DNA from: Octopus bimaculoides
Lineage: Eukaryota
Length of the DNA: 52,511 nt
Direction: 5' to 3'
Assembly (NCBI RefSeq): GCF_001194135.2
Contig: NC_068983.1
Location: 107,646,941-107,699,451, forward strand
The position numbers were made by a program, and so were the translations under genes. Positions 25,985 to 37,979 of the stretch are shown here, piece after piece (the stretch's first letter is position 1; every line of letters starts with the position of its first letter). The notes under the pieces were generated by a model. The model was not told the origin of the DNA. It searched no databases and saw nothing but the letters and a program-made list of their open reading frames with translations.

Positions 25985-26397
25985 CACATAATGTTATTAA
26001 TAGACTACCTATGAATAAAAATACACTAGGCTCTCAAAGGTTTTCAGATTGCTATAGTACCTCAGGTAATCCCAAGAAAAGATCCTTAAGTTGAAGTCCA
26101 TCACCAGTTGACTTTGTAAATCCGTGGTTTCATTTCCAAGCTAATATGTTATTTTCTGCAGTGTGTTATACAAGAAAAGGCATAAATAATGGGCTTTACA
26201 CATCTATTTAGTTGTGCGTTATAGACTTGCAGCTATTACAGATATGTGGTTTAGGTGCATTCATGGTTCAATTTACTCAGTTGGTCAAAGGTCATTCACT
26301 TTTAAACATAACCATGAATGTATCTAAAATGTATATCAGAAAGAGCTTTCAGTTTTCAATGCACAAATAAGAAAATGTGTAAAACCCATTATTTATG

Positions 26398-26840
26398 CTG
26401 TGCAGGTGGCATGTAAAAAGCACCATCCAAACATGGCCAATGCCAGGTCTGCCTGACTGGCTCCTGTGCCAGTGGCACATAAAAAGCACTATCTAAACGT
26501 GGCCAATGGCAGTAGCCCCTGACTGGCTCCCGTGCCAGTGGCATGTAACAAGCACCATCTGAATGTGATCAACGGCAGGACTGCCTGACTGGCCCCCGTG
26601 CTGGTGGCATGTAAAAAGCACTATCTGAATGTGATCGATGCCAGGCCCACCTGACTGACTCCTGTAAAAAAGCACCCACTACACTACTCAGAGTAATTGG
26701 CATTAGGAAGCATATCCAGCTGAAGAAGCATTGCCAGATCAGAATGGAACCTGGTGCAGCTGCTGGCTCTCCAGCCCTCTGTCAAACCATCCAACCCATG
26801 CCAGCATGGAAAACAGATGTTAAACGATGATGATGATGAT
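26398..26840 (+). mobile_element. RTE-tailed SINE-like family C with four internal tandem units
   Basis: Repeated GGCATGTAAAAAGCAC(C/T)ATC...CCTGACTGGC units, then TTAGGAAGCATATCCAGCTG, then CCATGCCAGCATGGAAAACAGATGTTAAACGATGATGATG tail. Confidence 0.9.
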
Positions 26841-27174
26841 ATATATAGATATTTGTGAATTGACACCTATCTGTTGTTTGTTATTTATTTATTTATGATT
26901 TACCTCTCTCAGAGCCTGGACCTTGTGTGTTCCAAAAAATAATTATGGACTGTATATTTAATACAATGTACATTTCTGGATTAGCTTGAGAGCTGATAAC
27001 ATACTTTGCTGAGTTCAATTAATTGTATACATAACCAGAATACCTTTCTGCCTATACTTCAGTACCAATGTTTGTATTCATCAATATTTGCTGTGTATGC
27101 ATTTTAATTTTGACCCAACCAAGTGCCTTAGCATTTAAGTGCCTTATTCACCTTGAAAATTAATATATTACATG

Positions 27175-27206
<32 letters not shown>

Positions 27207-27214
27207 CGTGTGTG

Positions 27215-27830
27215 TAAGGTTATTTGCGAGGTCTCTTGTGAGTGCTACTGGTAACATGGAATCCAGTGCAACCTGTTTCATGGTTGGGTCATCGGTGACT
27301 AAACTGGTACCCCCACCACTAGCTTTGCTTGACCAGAAGGGTTGCTAGAAACTCACCAAAACTAAAAACAAAATACCTGTCAAAAAGATGGGTGAACTTA
27401 GTGTAGGTTCAGTGACTATCTAGCAATAAATAGCACAGGCCCTCAGAAATTCCAGGCTGGTGTCTGGTAGCTTTTGCTGAAGCATGTCTCTAGGAGAAGG
27501 TCATTCTGATATAAAACCAGATATATAGCGAATGGCTCTGATCTTTTGCTTGTGCTTGAGATCATGGTGTTCTAACATTCCTGAGCCTGTGACCCATATT
27601 GGCACTGGATATCTTACCTTGGTTTGTCTCTGAATCATATCAGTAGAGTGGAGAGGGGCTGTAAGGTGCTGTGCAAACCTTATTGGATCTACAATTTTAG
27701 TTTATGCAATCACTGGCAAGGTAAATATCCAATGTGCAGTTGTGTAGAAAGGTGGTGTGGTAAGCATGGAAGCTGTGGAATCAAACCCAGGTGAAATTGA
27801 CTGCTGATGCAATAACCTCATGCATGGGCA
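27215..27830 (+). mobile_element. Probable degenerate RTE 5' UTR region
   Basis: Contains GGAGAAGGTCATTCTGATATAAAACC, resembling the GGAGAAGGAAAACTCTGA...AAACC motif of RTE 5' ends (from recall); no ORF. Confidence 0.4.
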
Positions 27831-27867
27831 ATAGTCAGTGATAGTCTTCCTTGGTCATGAGTGGACA

Positions 27868-27918
<51 letters not shown>

Positions 27919-27960
27919 NNNNNNNNNNCAGTGATAGTCTTCCTTGGTCATGAGTGGACA

Positions 27961-28000
<40 letters not shown>

Positions 28001-28011
28001 AAAAAAAACAA

Positions 28012-28302
28012 AGTAGAAAATGCTAAAATACTTTTATAAAGAACATTACAGAACCAGTTTCGATCCTTGAGATCTTTTCAACAGTAAATATGAATAATAG
28101 ATTTTTGAAAAATTATTGAAAAATTAAATTTTTGTAAATTTAAAAGAAAAGTCTTTTTAAAGACACATTTGTATAGTATTCAAGTAACAGCAGCATTTTT
28201 CTTGTTTCTGCCTGTCTCTGTTTCACTTAACTCTTGTGGGATCTCAAGGATCGAAACCGGTTCTGTAATGTTCTTTATAAAAGTATTTTAGCATTTTCTA
28301 CT
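28012..28302. mobile_element. Fold-back with 61-63 bp arms ending in a degenerate hammerhead-like motif
   Basis: 28014-28074 and 28240-28300 are reverse complements with one mismatch; each arm reads GATC tcaag GATC GAAAC(C/T)GGTT CTGTAA. Confidence 0.7.
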
Positions 28303-28614
28303 CTGTCTTTTTTCCATATATATCTACGCGTGTGTTCCTCTTCAACCTTTTACACACATATATATATATATATATACACAAACACATGCACACATAAATA
28401 TACACACACATAGGTAGATAGATAAATACATACATATATATACATACATATGTGTATATATCCTCAACACACACACATATACACATACATATATGCTGTA
28501 TGCTTTGTTACCATGTTGTCTTAAGTCCTTTATTTCACTTACCTTAGACAAGTATCTTTTACTGTAGCGTTGTGATTGGAATTAAACAGTGAAAACTACA
28601 TGGAGTGTTGTCAT

Positions 28615-28653
<39 letters not shown>

Positions 28654-29609
28654 CGCGCGCATGCGCGCATGCGTGTGTGTGTACATTTGTGACAATGTTT
28701 ACATTCTGCTCTGCTTCACAGGAAAACACTGAGCAGAAGATGGTGACATTTGTTAACATTCCCTTGTTAAAAATGCCTCTAGCTTGTGCTTATGAAAACA
28801 AATGGAATAAGAAAAAAACTCTTTACTTGAAAATCGGATAAGGATTAGTAACAGGAAGGGAATAAAGTTGTAAAACAATGACTCGATAAAATGTATTAAT
28901 CTAACTCATGTTAGTATGGGGAAATGGACATAAAGCAAATGAACAAACAGTATATAATTAAATGCCAATATATTCACAAATAAAAAGCAAAATTTCTTGT
29001 CAGCTAAGTACAGAGTGTAAGCATTGTCATGCATTCACTTTACAGGCAGTGACATTTTCTTTTTGGTTCAATCCTGCTGCATAGACTAGTGTCTTTTACC
29101 ATAGCTGCAGGTCAATCCAAACCTTGTGTGTGAAATTTAGACTGACAGAAATTATGCCTAAACCTGTCAAATAGACAGCACTTGTTCTTGAATGTTAAAC
29201 TTAACCTGTTACCTGACTTAACTCCAGCATTTCACATTAAAAGCAGAAACCCTTGTGTTACAAACGTCCAAACAAGATCTCTCATAACTTAAGAATTATG
29301 AATTCTTTTCCCTATTCCCTCATACTATCTCTAAGACTTCCCTCAACACAGTCTCTGAGGGCCTACAAAAAAGATTACTGGTGCTTTTATCCCTCTTCTC
29401 ACTATGCCACTATGCTACTATATCAAAGATTGCATCTGAAATGAGGATGATAATGACACTGCAGTAACATTAACTCATCTATAGAGGCATAAAATTAATT
29501 GATCAAAGTACAAAAATTATGGAAAGAGATATAACACAACTGATTAGAGAGAGGTTCAACCTAGTTGAGATGTAGTTTAGTTTTATGCCATGTAGAGTTA
29601 CTACAAATC

Positions 29610-30265
29610 TCATTTCTATGATAAACAACTACAGAATACTTAGCTATGAATAAGCCATTGGACCTAACAATTGTTATTCTAGGGAAGGCTTTTGATAGGG
29701 TACCCACTCTTATGTATAACAAAACTAGAAGTAAATGAACGGTTTGTTAGGGCTGTGCAAATCTAGTTACAGAAGAGCAGTTAGTAAGGTGTGTTTAACT
29801 GAGTTAGAGAAGAATTTACCATGCAGATAGAGGGTCACCAAGGCTCAGTTTTCAGTCTTGATTTGCTTATTATAGCCCCCAAGACATGCAAAGGAATTTA
29901 AGACGGGTAGTCCACAGAAATTCATGTATTCTCATTGATGAATCTGTTGGAATTTTAAAGAAGAAAATCAGACATAGAAGCAAACCCAAGAATCTGATGT
30001 AATACATAATAGGGAACTTTACTCTGGTGCAGGCATGTGACATGTATAAAGGATATAAGTTGTATAAAAAGTGTCAATGACACAAAATAGAGGAAACCTA
30101 TGGTAGTGGAAAACTAAGAGAGACATGGATTGAGGTGGTGAAGACTGACCTCCAGAAATTGAATCTCATGAAGGAGATGACAAAGAATCATAATGCATGG
30201 CAACATGTAGTACTGGAAATCTGTCAACCAATGCATGTGTGGCAAAATGGACTTCTAATGGTTGT
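29610..30265 (+). mobile_element. Degenerate RTE LINE (RT core to 3' end, with deletions)
   Basis: Frames give KQLQ..YLAMNKPLDLTIVILGKAFDRVP, GHQGSVFS, and RETWIEVVKTDLQKLNLMKEMTKNHNAWQ; ends in GGCAAAATGGAC resembling the family C tail. Confidence 0.8.
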
Positions 30266-30396
30266 GCTGATGAAGTTTGGGGTTTGAATCTCTCAATATT
30301 GAACCCCACAGTTCTATACTTAAGAGATGAGGAATTATGTACATTATTTACACTATTTACATTTGACGGATATTTGTCCTCATCTTGTTTGTTGTT

Positions 30397-30439
30397 AACA
30401 CGTTTCAGCTGATATACCCTCCAGCCTTCATCAGGTGTC
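30397..30439 (-). ncRNA. Hammerhead motif lacking the cleavage triplet
   Basis: GACAC CTGATGA A GGCTG gagggtatat CAGCT GAAAC GTGTT; stem I strand follows GAAAC directly. Confidence 0.55.
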
Positions 30440-30506
30440 CTGGAGAAATTTCAAACCTGGGTTCTCATTTCTAACGTATTTTTCAATGTTATTATTATTA
30501 TTATTG

Positions 30507-30603
30507 TTCAGTAGTTTTATTTTTATAACGTGCTTTCACTTCACTACCGAGCGCAGCTCTGTGCGCCTTGGGTATGTGCTGTGGTTTGCTGTGGTGCTCT
30601 TAT
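30507..30603 (-). mobile_element. Short insertion inside the (TAA)n tract, probably a 5'-truncated 3' end of a TAA-targeting LINE (Dong/R4-like)
   Basis: Breaks the symmetry of the fold-back; sits within (ATT)n; minus strand ends AAAATAAAACTACTGAAC + (AAT)n. Confidence 0.5.
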
Positions 30604-30613
30604 NNNNNNNNNN

Positions 30614-30668
<55 letters not shown>

Positions 30669-30890
30669 CATTATTATTATTATTATTATTATCATTATTA
30701 TTATTATTATTATTATTGTTCAGGTCACTGCTTTGGAATCAAACTTGGAATCTTGGGGTTAAGAGTGTGGGCTACTAACCCCAAGATTCCGAGTTTGATT
30801 CCAGGCAGTGACCTGAATAATAATAATAATAATAATAATAACATCGAAAAATACCTTAGGAATGAGAACTCAGGTTCGAAATTTCCCCAG

Positions 30891-30933
30891 AACACCTGAT
30901 GAAGGCTGGAGGGTATATCAGCTGAAACGTGTT
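30891..30933 (+). ncRNA. Hammerhead motif lacking the cleavage triplet
   Basis: AACAC CTGATGA A GGCTG gagggtatat CAGCT GAAAC GTGTT. Confidence 0.55.
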
Positions 30934-32050
30934 AACAACAAACAAGATGAGGACAACTATCTGTCAAATGTAAATTATGTAAATACTGTATTGAACCCCA
31001 TCTCTACCATTATCTTTTATCATTCTACTATTTGAAACAGAAAATTTACAAGTTGGATGTATTTTTGATTTGTATGCTACAGTTACAACATCATATTTCA
31101 CTTTTACAGATTTGAACTCAATACAAGCTAAGTATTAAGAATTGCAAGCTCATCAATCTCCATAAATTCATTATCTTATCTTTAATCTCTGTTAATCTCT
31201 CTTGTATCACTGTTGATCTCTCTTGTATCAGCTCCTATTTTTTTGTCATCTTATTGTGGTGCTGAGTATATTATGAAAGGGATTAATATTTGAAAGATGT
31301 TAAATGTTTTAAATATTTTGAAACTGAATTATGTATAATCCCAGTGGTAGTTATTTCAAGGTTCTCAGGTCTCCTTTGAATTTAAAGTTACTTGTCTTTT
31401 TGAGATATTTTACTGAAGGAGAATAGTCTCATTTACCAGAGTTTAATATCACAGTTTTGTCATCTGAACATTACTGAATATAACTTGCTGCAATTTTATT
31501 AGATTCTTGATCAGTCTTTGCTCTAATGCTATCCAAATGTCATTTGTTTTAAGCCTCATGTCAGAATATATTTTAAATATTGATCAAATAGAACATAAAT
31601 AGAGTCACACGTTCAGTGTCACTTTTAATAAACTTGATATCTTGATTACTTACTTTCCCTGCAAGGACTAACAGCTGTTAAACTTTTCTTCAGTAGCAGC
31701 ATTAAAATAAAATTAACTCTCATTTAATTTTCTGTTTAAGTTTCAAAACCAAATTACTCTCAAATTTCTCTTATTACTGAGACAATGCTTCAGTCGTTAT
31801 AGTAGTTATTTGTTGCACTACTTCACTTTAATATCAAGTCTTCCAAGTTGTCTTGACAGATCTATTCTGGTCATATATGGCACCATCCCAAATGAACATT
31901 GTGTAGGATATAAGGTATGTTAGTTTTGATCAGATAATTGTATTGCTAAAATTTTATGTGACAGAAAATGCGCAATTTTAATTAAAGTTTAGACATCCTT
32001 AATAGCACTAAATAGAGAATTCTTACAACCATCATATAAAATTGTAGCAG

Positions 32051-32083
<33 letters not shown>

Positions 32084-34457
32084 TCAGAAAGAGGGAGCGA
32101 CAGATGGGTATATGTTGTATGTATGGTTAACTATGTGTCAATCTATCTATGTGTATGTGCATGTGTATACATACATACATACATATATATATATATAAAT
32201 CTATGAGAAATTCTGCATAAATTTAACATACATTTTAAGGAAATCTAAGCTCAGATTTCATGATAAACCCTGTTCATTATTCGATTTCTTTTTCTCCACT
32301 TGTTTGATAACAGGGATCTTATTACTCTTCCTAAAGAACCAAATAAATAGATACTTGATGAATAAATAGAGACAAAACATAAAGCTTTGTTGTTTCTGAA
32401 ATATAATGATACTAGCTTATACTTACGTGCCTAACAACACAGCTACACAGAACAAAACTGTTGAAATACAAATAAAGTTTCTCTTAAATTATTCAGATAT
32501 CTCTTTTGGCAAAATTGTGATCTTTACAGAGTGTCTGACTCCACAGTTAAATAAATAAGAAACAGCAAAATACAGAAACTAAGGAAACTAGTTATAGTCT
32601 GTCAACAAAAATTTAAGCTATAAAGAGTTCAGTGAGTTGATTTGCCACAAGGAGTGAAAAATTAGTTTCTTTTAACACTTGTCTTTCTTCAGAGAACAAG
32701 ATTGTAGAGGTCCTCTCTATCCTCTTACTCTTTGGAGAAGGTCAAGTGTTCAAAAAGCTGAAAATTTTCATACCTCATGGCAAATCAACTCACTCAACTC
32801 TTTATGAATAAGATATATGAATAAGATATGATTCTTTATAAGAAATTTGTTTACACTCTTTCACATTTACAATAAATCTAATAATGTAAATATGTTTTTC
32901 TTTAAATAATAAAAAATAATCATCTATTTAGTTATTTAAATACTTCAAAGGAAAGTAAATTAGTTTTATATATTTAAGTGTTTTAAATCTCAATTTGGTG
33001 CTGCCACATATAATGATTACTGTGTATCTCTTGAGTCAATGAATTGGTGGAATTATTGGACCCTGGGGTAGAAATACTTTGTACTATTGCTGGGTTTCTG
33101 CACCCTGTCAAGGACAACTTTGCTTTTTCTCATTTTCAGAGTCAATAAAGTACCAGTTAAGAGTGGTAGTTTGGTAGAGGCAATAGAAAGCATCAGATGA
33201 GATGCCTTATGGTATCTGCTCCACTTCTGTGCATTTTGGGCTCAAATATCACCTTCTATTACTAGATGTGGCAAAAATGGTGATAGTCTTTGAAAACTTT
33301 TACGAGCTCAAGTATTTTATCTAATGTTTCCTTACCAACTAATGGGAGAATTTCCAAAGGGACTTTAAAGTCTAATGTAATCTCTATTTCTGATATATGA
33401 CTGATTTAATAAGTATTAGCCTGCATTTTTGTGGTCTTGTAAAGGATGATGGTCAGATTGGGTACGGAGAATGTCTGTCTCTGTATCCACCATTTGTTAG
33501 TATTTGCTCAGGTCATCCTAGACAATGCTCCAAGCAGTTTTTCAGTTAGTCCTCATCTCTGTGAGACATTTCCCATCTGTTGTGACCATGGCACATAGCT
33601 GACCACTGTGAGCCATCACCTCAGCCAGATCCTTAGAGAAGAGAGCACGATATACAAGATACAATTCAGAAAATCGAGTATCATGACCAAACAGTCAGAG
33701 CTGACAATTTTGAATCATACAAGTAACAGAACATATACCAGTTTTTAAGCTTAATCATTTGTTGGATACAAAATCTGACTAGTGGTACATCGTAATCCTG
33801 TGGAAAGGATGAAGTATTGCAATTAATCCCTCTTCCCCAACTTTATTTCTGTCAACAGTGTGGTAAAAGCATAAATGAAAGCAAGGAAGAAAAATATAAT
33901 TCTTTCATAAAATAAACAAATAATTGAGGTGGTAATCTTCACCATATATATGTGAATAAGTCAACAGTTTGGCTAATTTCATATCTTAAATTTAGAGTGT
34001 AATCATCTTAAAAATATTTAAACTCTTTCATGTTATGTGTATCTCTACCAATTACCATTATGATTCCATTCTTAAGCATTGATATTTATGCTTCCATGAT
34101 TGTTGTTGCTGAGATACCATGGTTAGTTCTGTCTACAGTATGAAATCAATCAATTTAAGTATGTTGGTAACCTAGCTGTGGCCAATCAACTTTTATTAAA
34201 GTATGTAGCACTATGATTTACAACTTACCAATACTTGAAATAGAGCAGTTTATCAAGAGGTATTTGGTTGTTAGATTTAATAAATAAATCAAAGTTCTTT
34301 TACTTGTTTGATTATAACTCTTTTTCCATAGAATTGCTGGAAGAGGCTTTCTGATTTTTCAATATGATTCTAAACTTTTATGTAAATATATTTGAATGAA
34401 AGAATAAAAATAATTGTAACAGTATCTTTCTATTTTCCAACTAAAAGAATGTTAAAT

Positions 34458-34603
34458 TGTCTGGTTAAGAAGCTTGCTTTGCAACTATGTAGTTTTGGTT
34501 TCAGTCCCACTGTGCAGCATCTTGGACAAGTGTCTTCTACTATAGCTTTAGGCTGACTGATGTCTTGTGAGTGAATTTTATGGACAGAAACTGTGTAGAA
34601 GCC
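34458..34603 (+). mobile_element. SINE family A, head fragment
   Basis: GGTTAAGAAGCTTGC...GGTTCAGTCCCACTGTGCAGCATCTTGGACAAGTGTCTTCTACTATAGC. Confidence 0.8.
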
Positions 34604-35007
34604 AGCACTAGATTAAACATTAAGCAAAATAAACATGCTTAGGGCATCAAGTAAAGCAGGGATACTACAGGAATGATAAATGAGATATGACACAAAAGAA
34701 ATCATTTTAAACTTGCTAAAATGATATGCAGGATGCCTTATCTCTGCTATGTATAGAAGCAAATGTGTTGTGTAAGATTGATTTTGAGGATCTGATCAAA
34801 GGTTTTATAATTTAAAAAAAAGGTGGAAAAAACTTTTCAAAAATAAATTAAGAGGAAGTATGCAAAAAACATTATTTTCAATCTTAATGTTAGTTTTGCT
34901 ACGTTTTAAAAATAAAAATCTATTTTAAGGTTTATTATTGTTTATATTTTGAATTACATATATTTGGAGCTCTATGGATCTCAATCTGGTTCTGGTTGAA
35001 CCCCGAC

Positions 35008-35050
<43 letters not shown>

Positions 35051-35331
35051 NNNNNNNNNNNNNNNNNNNNNNNNNNNNNNNNNNNNNNNNNNNNNNNNNN
35101 NNNNNNNNNNNNNNNNNNNNNNNNNNNNNNNNNNNNNNNNNNNNNNNNNNNNNNNNNNNNNNNNNNNNNNNNNNNNNNNNNNNNNNNNNNNNNNNNNNNN
35201 NNNNNNNNNNNNNNNNNNNNNNNNNNNNNNNNNNNNNNNNNNNNNNNNNNNNNNNNNNNNNNNNNNNNNNNNNNNNNNNNNNNNNNNNNNNNNNNNNNNN
35301 NNNNNNNNNNNNNNNNNNNNNNNNNNNNNNN
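35051..35331. other. Assembly gap
   Basis: N run. Confidence 1.
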
Positions 35332-35339
35332 TATATATA

Positions 35340-35505
35340 TTATTTCTTTACTGCCCACAAGAGGCTACACACAGAGGGGACAAACAAGGACAGACAAATG
35401 GATTAATTCGATTATAATTGACCCCAGCACGTAACTGGTACTTATTTAATCAACCCCGAAAGGATGAAAGGAAAAGTTGACCTTGGCGAAATTTGAACTC
35501 AGAAC
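35340..35505 (-). mobile_element. SINE family B, 3' part
   Basis: Matches 17490-17660. Confidence 0.85.
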
Positions 35506-35669
35506 ATATATGTGTGTGTGTGTGTGTGTGTGTGCGCGCTCGCGCACGTATATGTGTGTGCGTGTGTATGTGTGTGTGCATGTGTATGTGTGTGTGCGTG
35601 TGTATGTGTGTGTGCGTGTGTATGTGTGTGTGCACGTGTGTGTATGTGTGTGATCAAAAGAGAATTATA

Positions 35670-36720
35670 TTAGGTAGCCAGAAGAGGAGCTAGGCAACAG
35701 GTTCACATAGCAAAGGGAAAAGCAGAAAGGAAATTTGCTGATGTTTCATAGTGTGAGAATCAAGAGCATGTGAGGTGTTGTGGCTTGCCAGACAGTGTAT
35801 CAGAGAGATGCTGTGTGAGAAGTGTGTGCAGATGGATAATAGTACACTTCCACTTAATGATTCTGAAAAGAAGGAGGAATGGAACTACTACTGTGAAAGG
35901 CTACCAAACATGGAGAATGTTTGGGAGAAAGAAGGCCTTCCAAATGTGGACACAACTGAGAGAGACCAGCTATCCTAGCAGACAGTAGTATGATAGAGGA
36001 GACATTTAAGAATATGATAACAGAGAAAGCTCCTGGTCCATCAGAAATTACTACTGAAATGCTTAAAATATCTAGGTGAATAAGGTATGGCCTAGTCACC
36101 CATGTAGTTAATCAGGTCATAGTAAATAATTGGTGTAGTGACATTACAGTCAGCTGTTACAAATGGCTTAAATAGAAATCATCATCATCATCATCGTTTA
36201 ACGTCCGCTTTCCATGCTAGCATGGGTTGGACGATTTGACCGAGGACTGGTGAACCAGGTGGTTACACCAGGCTCCAATCTGATTTGGCAGAGTTTCTAC
36301 AGCTGGATGCCCTTCCTAACACCAACCACTCAGAGAGTGTAGTGGGTGCTTTTACGTGCTACCGGCACGAAGGCCAGTCAGGCAGTACTGGCAACGGCCA
36401 TGCTCAAAATGGTGTCTTTTACATGCCACCTCCACGGGAGCCAGTCCAGCAGCACTGGCAATGATCTTGCTTGAATGTCCTTACACGTGCCACCGGCACA
36501 AGTGCCAGGGCACCGGTGCCAGAGGTATCAATTTTGCTAGCCCAGGTCATGAAGGCTACAGAAAGAGTTATATAGCCCAATTAGTTAGGAAGAGAATTAT
36601 ACTGGACAAGATAGTTTACTTTTGTGTGAGTGAGAAGTAGTACTGATGCCATCTTCTTTGTAAGACATACTGAAGAGTGGCAGAAATAACCCAAAACCAG
36701 GACTGGTTTACTGGTCCCAT
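35670..36720 (+). mobile_element. Degenerate RTE ORF2 (linker to RT N-terminus) split by a family C SINE
   Basis: Frames give EKKEEWNYYCERLPNMENVWEKEGLPNV, EKAPGPSEITTEMLKIS, and after the SINE RGINF.AQVMKATERVI.QLVRKRIILDKI...STDAIFFVR. Confidence 0.85.
36179..36520 (-). mobile_element. RTE-tailed SINE-like family C
   Basis: CATCATCGTTTAACGTCCGCTTTCCATGCTAGCATGGG tail; inserted between AGAAAT and AGAGGTATC codons of the RTE. Confidence 0.9.
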
Positions 36721-36961
36721 CGCTAGGAGATGGTAGGGGTTCACTACCCTGCTCTCAATTTTATTGGATGCAGCTGTGCATCATTAACCAGCTAGAGGAG
36801 ATGTCCTCTTGAGGTTAAAAAATTGCGAATGGACAGCCATGTTAAAGTGGCTACGGATGTTACTTGTCAGCACAACTACTGCAATGATCTCATAGAGAGA
36901 TTTTAGAACTAGCATTTTTACTTGTAAAAGAAAAGTATTTAGCTAAAAGTAAACCATTGTA

Positions 36962-37135
36962 CTTGGTGCACCCAGTACACACTACAAACTGGTTGATGTT
37001 AGGAAGGGCATCCAACTGTAGCAACCAAGCCGAAGCTGATCCTCGAACTCAATGCTGTCCTGCAGCTTATCAGATCCTGTCACACTGTTCAACTCAAGCC
37101 AGCAATGAAAGATGGACATTAAATGATGATGATGA
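36962..37135 (+). mobile_element. Family C, 3' part
   Basis: TTAGGAAGGGCATCCAACTGTAG...AGCAATGAAAGATGGACATTAAATGATGATG. Confidence 0.75.
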
Positions 37136-37158
37136 TGATAATGATGGTGATGATGATG

Positions 37159-37189
<31 letters not shown>

Positions 37190-37788
37190 CAGTGGTGATG
37201 ATCAAGTAAGGGTGAATCTAGTGAATGAAAAAACATATTCTTTATTTCTGAAAATAATTGTTGAACTTGGTTTTATAGCTGTAACATTATAAAACTGATA
37301 TCAAGTGGTCTGTTCAGATGACATTCTCTTTTAGAACACTTCTAATTCTTCCATTCACGGCAACAAATGTTATTAATGACATTGAAACCAATAAATTTGA
37401 TCACATTGAGATGAAAGTAAATTTATTTTTATGCACAAAGGGAAATAGGACACGTCAATAGCAATGTGACATTAAAGTGATCATTACAAAATGATGTTGC
37501 TGTTGTTGACGATGATGATGATGGAGAGGAGGATGAGGAGGATAACTAATAGTACTGAGGCAGACCTGCATTATGAAACTCTATAATTTCCCATAAAATA
37601 TGCTGATAAATCAGGAGTTAAGCTTTAGTTGTATTGTATATTTTCTTTTGTCTTATTTTGAAATTGAAGTGTCAAGTATGTTAAAAGGGAAGGCTTTTTT
37701 CATTTGTGGAAAAGTAGATGAAAATTTTATATTGAATATTGTCACTGGCAAACGAAGAGTAAACTGGCATTTTTAGCACTGTTCATCC

Positions 37789-37939
37789 TTATTTATATTA
37801 TTTACATTTGATGAATATTTGTCCTCATCTTGTTTGTTGTTAACACATTTCAGCTGATATACCCTCCAACCTTCATCAGGTGTCTTGGGGAAATCTCCAG
37901 CCTGGGTTCTCATCCCTAAGGTATTTTTCGATGTTGTTG

Positions 37940-37979
<40 letters not shown>

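Larger units (their letters stand above)
30309..30988. mobile_element. Fold-back SINE-like element: tRNA-derived head + (AAT)n + PLE-type tail with hammerhead, duplicated head-to-head
   Basis: Whole element is a palindrome centred near 30768; direct repeat TATTGAACCCCA at 30297-30308 and 30989-31000; left arm about 30 nt longer, ending CAGTTCTATA. Confidence 0.9.

Noticed and set aside
23610-26680. Regularly spaced units of about 60-66 nt as a CRISPR array
   Set aside because: Eukaryotic context; the whole unit repeats with no unique spacers and belongs to SINE family C.
27836-27998. Exact duplication of CAGTGATAGTCTTCCTTGGTCATGAGTGGACAGCCATC+(AT)n
   Set aside because: The copies flank a 10-N gap; most likely unmerged contig overlap.
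30267-30273. CTGATGA upstream of the fold-back
   Set aside because: No stem II or GAAA; it lies in the decayed RTE tail.
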